From: a virus
Lineage: Duplodnaviria; Heunggongvirae; Uroviricota; Caudoviricetes
Length of the DNA stretch: 5,809 nucleotides
Virus record (IMG/VR): IMGVR_UViG_3300039368_000109
Reading direction: 5' to 3' (one strand)
Positions 1 through 5,809 of this stretch are shown here, piece by piece. The position numbers and the translations under genes were made by a program. How positions within the stretch are numbered: the first letter of the stretch is position 1; every line of letters begins with the position of its first letter. Below the pieces are notes generated by a model, which did no database searches, was not told the origin of the DNA, and saw nothing but the letters and a program-made list of their open reading frames with translations.

Positions 1-60
1 CTGATAGAAACAGAAGCCACTGGAGCACCTCAAAAACACCATCATACACTAAATCAGTAA

Positions 61-360
61 GTTGGCAGCATCACCCACTGCCTGCCTGGAAATATATCTA
101 CAAAAAGCTGTGTAATACGCAATGCGGCGCAGGCCTTAACTGACGATGGAACTCTATACGGAGCCACAATTCTTGGCGATGGAGTTGTGCACAATAGCTT
201 CGGTCAAAAACTGATGCGCATTTACAATCAGAAAGGCATCTTTTCAAACACAAAAGATTCCGAAGAAGGCTTAACACATATACTCTCAGAGCATTTCGAG
301 AATGTTAAAACCAAGGTTCAAGGTACTGTAGTAATGTTTTCCGCTTCAGGGAAAAAATAG
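61..360 (+). other. Unassigned 100-codon open frame ending at TAG 358-360, convergent on tfa; possible small CDS (first ATG at 214 gives 48 aa) or remnant/pseudogene of cargo DNA
   Basis: Plus-strand frame 1 is stop-free from 61 to 357 (hand translation VGSITHCLPGNISTKSCVIRNAAQALTDDGTLYGATILGDGVVHNSFGQKLMRIYNQKGIFSNTKDSEEGLTHILSEHFENVKTKVQGTVVMFSASGKK). The same frame is also open from the window start to an in-frame TAA at 58-60. No convincing SD before ATG 214 or GTG 187. The region looks AT-richer than the tail-fibre genes by eye. Confidence 0.25.
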
Positions 361-367
361 CATCCAA

Positions 368-400
368 CCGCAGCACGTTCTTGCTTAAGACGTGCTGCGG
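368..400. terminator. Perfect 11-bp inverted repeat (CCGCAGCACGT - 11-nt loop containing CTTAAG - ACGTGCTGCGG), 14 nt downstream of the tfa stop; candidate terminator or RNA-stability hairpin between convergent reading frames
   Basis: Seen directly: left arm 368-378 is the exact reverse complement of right arm 390-400. On the minus strand a U6 tract (plus-strand AAAAAA 352-357) follows, but only after a 10-nt spacer, so this is not a canonical intrinsic terminator. On the plus strand no U-tract follows. Confidence 0.4.
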
Positions 401-414
401 CATAATCCCAATGA

Positions 415-999
415 TTACTCCCTGACAGGGTTCGTAGGCCACTCAATATCAGGTGCAGTTGATGTATCAACACGGTTCAGCAACACCCGATACTTTTTCC
501 AGGCTTCCAGCAATGAGGTTTCTTCCTCCGTTGCAATTTCCAGATCTGCAGCATCCTGAAGCGGCGCAATATGCTCACTGGCTACCTGCATCAGGTTGTT
601 TTTTGTTTCTTCCGCCTCCCGGATCCGGAACAGTTTTTCTGCTTCCGTATCCTTCACCCAGGCTGTGCCGTTCCACTTCTGAAACTCCCCTTCCGGCGAT
701 AACCAGGTAACATTTTCCGGTAACGGACCGAGTTCAGAAATAAATAACTCGTCCCCTGACGCTACGTCATAAACCGTTTTCCCCCGATGGTCTTCAACGA
801 GATGCCACGATGCCTCATCACTGTTGAAAACAGCCACAAAGCCAGCAGGAATATCTGGTGGTGCAATATCGGTACTGTTTGCTGGCAGACCTGTATGAGG
901 CGGAATATATGCGTCACCTTCACCAATAAATTCATTAGTTCCGGCCAGCAGATTATAAATTTTTATGGTCCGTGCTTGTTCACTCATTCTGAATGCCAT
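415..999 (-). CDS. tfa: Tail fibre assembly protein Tfa (chaperone for the Stf C-terminal tip; T4 gp38 / P2 G family)
   Basis: 194-aa ORF starting [79 protein letters not shown]..., nearly identical to my recall of lambda Tfa (also 194 aa). ATG overlaps the stf stop (TAATG), which suggests translational coupling. SD-like TGAGG sits 8 nt upstream. Confidence 0.95.
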   Translation of the reverse strand: MAFRMSEQARTIKIYNLLAGTNEFIGEGDAYIPPHTGLPANSTDIAPPDIPAGFVAVFNSDEASWHLVEDHRGKTVYDVASGDELFISELGPLPENVTWLSPEGEFQKWNGTAWVKDTEAEKLFRIREAEETKNNLMQVASEHIAPLQDAADLEIATEEETSLLEAWKKYRVLLNRVDTSTAPDIEWPTNPVRE

Positions 1000-3900
1000 T
1001 ATGCAAGCCTCACAATATAGTTAAATGCGATGTTTTTGACGGTGTTTTCCGCGTTACCCGCAGCGTTAACGGTGATGGTGTGTCCATGTGAACCAATCGC
1101 AACGGAGTGCGTATGCGCACCAATACCTACAGTATGTGCATGTGCGCCAGAACTTGCTGCAGTACCAGACAGCGAGTGGGTATGAGCACCTGCTGACTGT
1201 GTCTGAATACGTTGATAATACGATCTATAGGAAGAAGTCTCCGGGCTTACTTGATACTGTGAATTCTGGACATAAGTGAACCCACCGCCATCATAAAATG
1301 CTAACGCAGAACCGCCGCCTCCTGGCCAACGAATACCATTACCATGAGTATGAACACCGGCAGACCCCGTAGAGCCACTCAGACTGTGCGTATGCGCCCC
1401 GGTGTTATTCGTGGATTTAGTGCCGTAATCAAACGACGATGTGGTTTTCGTCCCCAAATCCGTACTGGATGCGCTGGCGCTGTGGGTGTGCGATTTTATG
1501 CCGTCCTGTTCCTGAGACAATACGGCCCGGCCACTGGCGGGTTTGCCCTTGATTGTCCAGCCGCGCATATCTGGAATAACACCTGAAGGATAGGCAATAG
1601 CCAGTTTCGGATATGCTGCCTTATCAAACGTCTGCCCCTGCATGATCGCATAACCTGCAGGTGGTGTATCTGATGGCCACGGCAGCGGAACACCTGGCGG
1701 AAACGCTTCAATATTTGCCGAGCCGTCAAATTTTACGCCGTTAATTGTCCTTGCAGTTTGCAATTTGGTTGCTGTGCTTGCATTACCCGATAAAGATCCA
1801 GTGATACCACCACTCGCGTTTAATTTAGTTGCAATTGTAACATTGCCAGTATGGTTACTAATTATAAACGGCCTTAAGCTATTGTGCGTACCAAGACTGT
1901 TACCCGAATCTGTCAACATAAAATATGTGTTTGATCCATCATTTCGGATAAAGAATCCATAGTTGCCATAGGCAATACGCAGACCATTTGCTGACCTTGA
2001 AATAACCTCACCAGCAGCAGTTAAACCACCTGAAAGAGTCCCTCCAGTTAATGCCAATGCCCCAATATTTGAAGGGGTCAATGTGATATTTGCACTACCA
2101 TCAAATGACACACCGTTAATCGTTCTGGCTGCCTGAAGTTTCGTGGCGGTCGCAGCATTACCTGTAGTGTTTTGATTACCGGTAGCGTTGACTCCAGGCA
2201 AGTTGATATCTGCCGATCCATCAAATGCCACGCCCCCAATCTTACGTGCTGTCTTGATCTTGGTCGCAGTATCTGCGTTTCCGGTCAAATTACCAGTAAC
2301 ACTACCACCAACTTTTAGTCCATTACCGATGGACACCAACCCTGATCTTAAGTTTATAGAGAATGGTCTTAATGAACCGATGTCTCCATTTTCCCCCTCC
2401 CCTTCATTAGTCGGAATAAGATGAAGATGATCTTCGGAACGCCTAAAAATAAGGCCAAAGGCTTGGTTGAATATTCGAAGAGCATTTATCGTGCTGATTT
2501 TTAACTGCCCTCCCATTGTGTCGCCAGTTTTTTGAACTGAACTATCTTTAACAGTTTTAACTGCCTTTGGCGTTGCCGCCAGCTTTTCACTGGTGCTGTT
2601 TGTTGCACTGCTGAGCTGTACTATCCCCTTTTTCGTCGTGCTCGCATCCTCCAGCGCCACGGCGGATGCAATATCCTCTGCCCGTTTTGCTGCTGTCTCG
2701 GCGCGCGTTGCCGCGGATTCAGCAGCAACTTTGCTCTGAGATGCAGCCGTCGCACTGCCTGCCGCCTCTGATGCTTTCGTTGTTGCTGTCGTGGCACTAC
2801 CTTTCGCTGCTGACGCTTGTCTGGTCGCCTCATCTTTTGAAGCAGACGCAGATGATGCCGATGACGCCGCTGAACTGGCTGACGATGCGGCTGCCGCCTT
2901 AGAGGAAGCAGCATTGTCTGCTGAAGTCTTTGCATTTGTTTCAGAGGTTTTTGCTGCAGAAGCAGACCTCGCTGCTGCAGTGGCTTGCTCAGTGGCTTTG
3001 CCAGCTTTCGTTGTGGCTGTTGAAGCGGATGATGCGGCGCTTTCTGCCGATTTTCCGGCGGCGGTGGCACTGGCTGAGGCCTGCCCGGCACTTGTTGACG
3101 CGGCACTGGCAGATAATGCAGCCGCTGTTTTTGAACCTGCCGCAGCTGAGGCGCTCTGTCCCGCTGCTGTTTCAGAAGACTTAGCGTTCGTCTCGGACGT
3201 TTTTGCCGCCTTCGCGGAATTTCCTGCCGCCGTTGCCGAGGAAGCTGCACTACTGGCACTTGATGATGCATTCGTTTCTGAAGATTTCGCTGCCTCTTTT
3301 GAGGCCGCCGCACCCCGTGCCGAGGTGGCAGCTTCTGACGCCTTCGTGGTCGCTGTGGATGCAGAAGTGGCTGCCGATTTTTGTGATGCTGCGGCATTCG
3401 TTTCTGACGTTTTCGCGGCACTGGCGCTGGTAGCTGCCGCGCTTTTTGATGACTCTGCAGCAGCAGCACTTTTTGCTGCTTCACGGGCCTTTGTCGATGC
3501 CGTTCCTGCGCTGGAAGACGCTGACTGAGCCGACGACGCGGCCTGTCCGGCTGACGTGCTGGCGGCACGTGCTGAGGCTGCAGCATCGGTTGCATGAGTT
3601 GCCGCCTCGCTGGCTGATGCACTGGCATCGCTGGCTGATTTTTTCGCGGCTGCCGTATTCTGTGCAACCGCGGAGGCGTTACGTGACACCTCTTCCACCA
3701 TCTGCTCAAAGCGGCGCAGTGCCTCCGGTCGGACATCATCCTCCGTCATGGCACCGAGAAAATCATTCAGCGTACCTGGTCTGGAACCTTCATAGACGGT
3801 AATGGTCCCGGCATGTGAAGGCGGAAAACCTTCAACCAGCAGGGTGACGCTGTACTGGCCATGCTCAACATCCATGCTGTAACGTCCGGCTTCATCCGGA

Positions 3901-4025
3901 TTTTCAGAGGCCACCGTGTTCACCACCACCGTGCTGCTGGTTCGTCTGGCCTTCAGCACAATGGTGCAGTTCTGTACTGGTTTTCCTGTGCCATCTTTAA
4001 GCACGCCAGAAATTTTTACTGTCAT
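999..4025 (-). CDS. stf: Side tail fibre protein Stf, 1008 aa, intact full-length form with a lambda-like N-terminal attachment region and C-terminal receptor-binding tip
   Basis: Single uninterrupted ORF. N-terminal ~110 aa ([22 protein letters not shown]...) and C-terminal ~230 aa (...[59 protein letters not shown]...[31 protein letters not shown]) match my recall of lambda Stf. SD GGTGGA lies 6 nt upstream of the ATG. Stop TAA shares its last A with the tfa ATG. Followed by tfa, as in lambda. Confidence 0.93.
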   Translation of the reverse strand: MTVKISGVLKDGTGKPVQNCTIVLKARRTSSTVVVNTVASENPDEAGRYSMDVEHGQYSVTLLVEGFPPSHAGTITVYEGSRPGTLNDFLGAMTEDDVRPEALRRFEQMVEEVSRNASAVAQNTAAAKKSASDASASASEAATHATDAAASARAASTSAGQAASSAQSASSSAGTASTKAREAAKSAAAAESSKSAAATSASAAKTSETNAAASQKSAATSASTATTKASEAATSARGAAASKEAAKSSETNASSSASSAASSATAAGNSAKAAKTSETNAKSSETAAGQSASAAAGSKTAAALSASAASTSAGQASASATAAGKSAESAASSASTATTKAGKATEQATAAARSASAAKTSETNAKTSADNAASSKAAAASSASSAASSASSASASKDEATRQASAAKGSATTATTKASEAAGSATAASQSKVAAESAATRAETAAKRAEDIASAVALEDASTTKKGIVQLSSATNSTSEKLAATPKAVKTVKDSSVQKTGDTMGGQLKISTINALRIFNQAFGLIFRRSEDHLHLIPTNEGEGENGDIGSLRPFSINLRSGLVSIGNGLKVGGSVTGNLTGNADTATKIKTARKIGGVAFDGSADINLPGVNATGNQNTTGNAATATKLQAARTINGVSFDGSANITLTPSNIGALALTGGTLSGGLTAAGEVISRSANGLRIAYGNYGFFIRNDGSNTYFMLTDSGNSLGTHNSLRPFIISNHTGNVTIATKLNASGGITGSLSGNASTATKLQTARTINGVKFDGSANIEAFPPGVPLPWPSDTPPAGYAIMQGQTFDKAAYPKLAIAYPSGVIPDMRGWTIKGKPASGRAVLSQEQDGIKSHTHSASASSTDLGTKTTSSFDYGTKSTNNTGAHTHSLSGSTGSAGVHTHGNGIRWPGGGGSALAFYDGGGFTYVQNSQYQVSPETSSYRSYYQRIQTQSAGAHTHSLSGTAASSGAHAHTVGIGAHTHSVAIGSHGHTITVNAAGNAENTVKNIAFNYIVRLA
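1080..1493 (-). other. His-x-His motif cluster in the Stf C-terminal tip ([14 protein letters not shown] twice, [34 protein letters not shown]); probable metal-coordinating fibre-tip domain
   Basis: Motifs read directly from the translation (about aa 845-982). T4 gp37-type fibre tips are known to use HxH repeats to coordinate iron ions in the needle domain, and the lambda Stf C-terminus is known to be gp37-related. Confidence 0.55.
1710..2480 (-). repeat. Internally duplicated ~90-aa module in Stf, each copy ending in a tail-fibre-type repeat (A-T-K-L/I-x-T/A-A-R-x-I-x-G-V-x-F-D-G-S-A-x-I), plus a third copy of the short repeat between them
   Basis: Protein-level alignment by eye: aa 516-606 ([91 protein letters not shown]) against aa 682-772 ([90 protein letters not shown]). 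Third short repeat at aa 626-648 ([23 protein letters not shown]). The motif resembles the Pfam 'phage tail fibre repeat' family as I recall it. Confidence 0.7.
2631..3683 (-). repeat. Ala/Ser/Thr-rich low-complexity quasi-repetitive tract inside stf (about aa 115-465)
   Basis: In the Stf translation the motifs AAKTSETNA (three times), STATTKA(S/G) (three times), SASSAASSA and TSAGQAS recur. The DNA is dominated by GCN/TCN/ACN codons, which is why long stop-free frames appear on both strands here (ORFs 2621..3739 and 2791..3528 in the supplied track). Confidence 0.85.
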
Positions 4026-4045
4026 ACTTTTCCACCAATAAAAAA

Positions 4046-4071
4046 AGCCCGCAGCAGTGACGCCACGGGCT
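4046..4071 (-). terminator. Candidate intrinsic terminator / stem-loop downstream of lom and immediately upstream of the stf RBS
   Basis: Seen directly: 6-bp stem AGCCCG (4046-4051) / CGGGCT (4066-4071) with a 14-nt loop. On the minus strand the hairpin is followed by a U7 tract (plus-strand AAAAAAA at 4039-4045, the last A shared with the stem), then GGTGGA and the stf ATG. The loop is large for a canonical terminator, so confidence is moderate. Confidence 0.4.
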
Positions 4072-4176
4072 TCAGGACAGTGTAACTTTACGTTTCCTCA
4101 AACGCAGTTCACCCCATAAGGTGGATGAACCTGCGTATCATAACAATATTTACAGAAGATAAATCGGCGTCTGTTG

Positions 4177-4776
4177 TCAGAAACGGTATCCGATACCAAC
4201 AATAAATGCATCCGTTCGCCAGTCGCCACTACCGGAACCTTCATAAGCAAGGTCAATGGTTACGGATTCGGTCGGGTTAAACTGCACGCCAGCCCCCCAC
4301 GCCAGAGACGTGTTGCTGTGGCGACCGTCATCACTTCCGGTCAGCACATCGTGCGTTTTCCCCTTGTTGTCAGTTACGCGGAGATAATCCCCGGAGAAAG
4401 TCGACACACGGCTGTAAGCCACACCCACCATCGCATACGCGCTGAACCATTCATTCACGCGTACAGACGGCCCCGCCATCACGCTGAACCAGCGGTTACG
4501 CACGGAATCTTCATGCCAGCGGGTATCGCTGTAGTGCGTTTTTTGCTCATCCTCAGCATTGGCATAACTGAAGGACGTAATCAGCCCCAGCGCGTCCGTA
4601 AACTCATAACGGTATTTCACGTTAATCCCGTTCAGATTATCGCTGCCGGGAGCGTTCGTACGGGCATGAAGATACCCCGCGCTCAGTGTGGACTGATGTT
4701 CAGACGCCCATGCAGGCGCACCGGATACGGACAGACAGATGGCTGCGGACAAAATGGCTGCACAAACTTTACGCAT
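4177..4776 (-). CDS. lom: Lom outer membrane protein (Ail/Lom/OmpX/PagC family 8-stranded beta-barrel); lysogenic-conversion moron
   Basis: 199-aa ORF. N-terminus MRKVCAAILSAAICLSVSGAPAWA is a typical Sec signal peptide (basic n-region, hydrophobic core, AWA cleavage motif). C-terminal ...FIVGIGYRF ends in an aromatic residue, as outer-membrane beta-barrels do. Sequence matches my recall of lambda Lom closely. Good SD upstream. Position between J and stf as in lambda. Confidence 0.93.
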   Translation of the reverse strand: MRKVCAAILSAAICLSVSGAPAWASEHQSTLSAGYLHARTNAPGSDNLNGINVKYRYEFTDALGLITSFSYANAEDEQKTHYSDTRWHEDSVRNRWFSVMAGPSVRVNEWFSAYAMVGVAYSRVSTFSGDYLRVTDNKGKTHDVLTGSDDGRHSNTSLAWGAGVQFNPTESVTIDLAYEGSGSGDWRTDAFIVGIGYRF

Positions 4777-4790
4777 AATTACCTCTCGCT
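4777..4790 (-). promoter_or_regulatory. Ribosome binding site of lom (GAGAGG, 5-nt spacer, ATG)
   Basis: Reverse complement of 4777-4790 reads AGCGAGAGGTAATT, immediately followed by the lom ATG at 4774-4776. Confidence 0.6.
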
Positions 4791-4806
4791 TTTCTGCAAT
4801 AAAAAA

Positions 4807-4824
4807 GGCGCCATTTCTGGCGCC
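4807..4824 (-). terminator. Intrinsic-terminator-like hairpin between J and lom (GGCGCCA-4 nt loop-TGGCGCC; on the minus strand followed by TTTTTTATTG)
   Basis: Seen directly: 7-bp GC-rich perfect stem 4807-4813 / 4818-4824 with loop TTTC; the plus strand has AAAAAA at 4801-4806, which is a U6 tract immediately 3' of the hairpin on the minus-strand transcript. Lies 17 nt after the J stop and about 25 nt before the lom start. Confidence 0.55.
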
Positions 4825-4843
4825 CGTATATGGGTTATAAAAT

Positions 4844-5809
4844 TCAGCTGATACTGATGCCTGCGGTGGCTTTCTTCATCACCACAACCAGCAAATCGCT
4901 GATACTTGCTGTGGGATACCAGTTATTCACCAGCCATGCTGACACCGAAAACTCCAGCGTCATGTGGCCGCGACCAGCTGGCATATCAATAACACCACTG
5001 TAAATCAGCGTATTATCCAGCGCGGTACGGTTATAAATTTCAGCACCGTTTTTCCGTACTATCAGGCGGCATGACGAATAAATATCGTTATTCTCCCGCT
5101 CATGTTTAGCGCCGCTGAATGCCACCGCCGGAATAACAATTTGCCTGTCAAAAGGCTGATCGTCATAAATCCTGACGGTAATGGTCCCTGATGGCCACCG
5201 CTCCGGTGCCCGGGAGTCCCGCGGAAAAGCCTTACCCACTGTTTTGACTATATCGCCTTCAATCTGGTTGGCTGACAGTTTCCCCTTAATCTGACAGTTC
5301 TCATTAATTGTGACATTGTTGAGCGTCCCGGCGTTCGCATTCACACTGCCACTGATATCTGCATTTTTAGCGGTCAGTTTTCCGTCCGGTGTCAGGGAAA
5401 ATGCCGGAGGATTACCGCCGCTGGTAATGGTGGGAGCCGTCAGGCGTTTCAGGAACACGTCGTTCATGAATATCTGATCGCCCTGACCAACAAACATCGG
5501 CTTTGTGTTGCCATTCGCAGGATTAATCATCGCAATCCTGTCTGCCGCCAGCAGCACCTGACTCTGCATTCCTGCTGGCGTATTCTCAATACCGGCACCG
5601 ATACCCGCAATATAAAGGCGTCCGTCCTGCATCTGCTGCAGCTTCACAGCCCACATGCTGTTCAGATTATTATTTGTATCAACCTGAACCTTCTGTATCT
5701 GCTGGATTGCCGCACTCTGATTTTCCAGTTTTTTATTGACGGTCTGCGTGATTTCATTGCTGACATCCGTAATGGACGTCCTGATTTCAGCCAGGTCAGG
5801 CGCAAGCTG
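4844..5809 (-). CDS. J: Host specificity / central tail fibre protein J, C-terminal part (5' end lies beyond the right window edge)
   Basis: The listed 270-aa ORF (4844..5656) continues in the same frame with no stop up to 5809; I translated the extra 51 codons by hand ([51 protein letters not shown] then [22 protein letters not shown]...). This matches my recall of the lambda gpJ C-terminal region. Stop codon TGA at 4844-4846 (minus strand). Position directly upstream of lom matches lambda gene order. Confidence 0.88.
   Translation of the reverse strand, partial: QLAPDLAEIRTSITDVSNEITQTVNKKLENQSAAIQQIQKVQVDTNNNLNSMWAVKLQQMQDGRLYIAGIGAGIENTPAGMQSQVLLAADRIAMINPANGNTKPMFVGQGDQIFMNDVFLKRLTAPTITSGGNPPAFSLTPDGKLTAKNADISGSVNANAGTLNNVTINENCQIKGKLSANQIEGDIVKTVGKAFPRDSRAPERWPSGTITVRIYDDQPFDRQIVIPAVAFSGAKHERENNDIYSSCRLIVRKNGAEIYNRTALDNTLIYSGVIDMPAGRGHMTLEFSVSAWLVNNWYPTASISDLLVVVMKKATAGISIS

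Noticed and set aside
1-45. Minus-strand frame beginning ATGATG at 40-45 and running off the left edge (MMVFLRCSSGFCFYQ...)
   Set aside because: Only 15 codons are visible, with no RBS and a Cys/Phe-rich composition. It cannot be assessed without the flanking sequence, so it is not called.
453-1020. Plus-strand ORFs 453..710 and 787..1020
   Set aside because: Both are antisense to tfa, which is confidently identified, so they are shadow ORFs.
1088-2424. Several 63-80-aa plus-strand ORFs (1088..1279, 1344..1586, 1765..1962, 2188..2424) and a minus-strand ORF (1496..1729)
   Set aside because: All lie inside stf on the opposite strand or in another frame. They are short and explained by the long stop-poor stf coding region.
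2791-3528. 245-aa Ala/Asp/Glu/Phe-rich ORF on the plus strand
   Set aside because: It is antisense to the stf repeat tract. Its repeated AFVS(E/D)VFAA units are the reverse-complement image of the Stf AAKTSETNA repeats, so it is a shadow ORF.
2631-3683. Possible CRISPR array or other interspaced repeat
   Set aside because: The repetition is imperfect, in frame and coding (peptide motifs in Stf). There are no regularly spaced identical direct repeats with unique spacers.
2621-3739. 372-aa Arg/Pro/Gln-rich ORF on the minus strand
   Set aside because: It lies entirely inside stf in a different frame of the same strand. Its composition is what the Ala/Ser codon repeats (GCN/TCN) produce when read out of frame. 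It is extremely basic and low-complexity with no RBS context, so it is a shadow ORF.
2930-4085. Plus-strand ORFs 2930..3184, 3203..3433, 3446..3802, 3861..4085 and 2666..2902
   Set aside because: All are antisense to stf. The Trp/Arg/Leu/His-rich composition is typical of the reverse frames of GC-rich repeat DNA.
4185-4197. Short palindrome GGTATC-C-GATACC at the 3' end of lom
   Set aside because: It is a 6-bp arm inside coding sequence, within chance expectation, with no U-tract or other supporting context.
4174-4851. 225-aa plus-strand ORF
   Set aside because: It is antisense to, and fully overlaps, the well-supported lom gene. It has no signal of its own and reads like a random sequence rich in Arg, His and Cys.

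Overview
This window is the distal tail-fiber end of a lambda-like (lambdoid) prophage or phage late region, with every supported gene on the minus strand. Reading right to left: the 3' end of host-specificity gene J (runs off the right edge), the outer-membrane 'moron' gene lom, a 1008-aa side tail fiber gene stf, and the tail fiber assembly chaperone tfa, whose start overlaps the stf stop (TAATG). This matches the phage lambda order J-lom-stf-tfa. Protein identifications rest on my recall of the lambda proteins, not on a database search. The stf gene is intact and looks mosaic: lambda-like N- and C-terminal ends, a long Ala/Ser/Thr-rich quasi-repetitive tract, an internally duplicated ~90-aa module with three tail-fibre-type repeats, and a His-x-His-rich tip. 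Hairpin plus U-tract structures bracket lom, and a perfect 11-bp inverted repeat lies just downstream of tfa. The leftmost ~360 bp looks AT-richer by eye and holds a 100-codon open frame on the plus strand of unknown function. I see no rRNA, tRNA, CRISPR array, IS element or recognisable defence or toxin system. The most unusual items are the tail-fibre mosaicism and the unassigned left-edge frame, not a new system.
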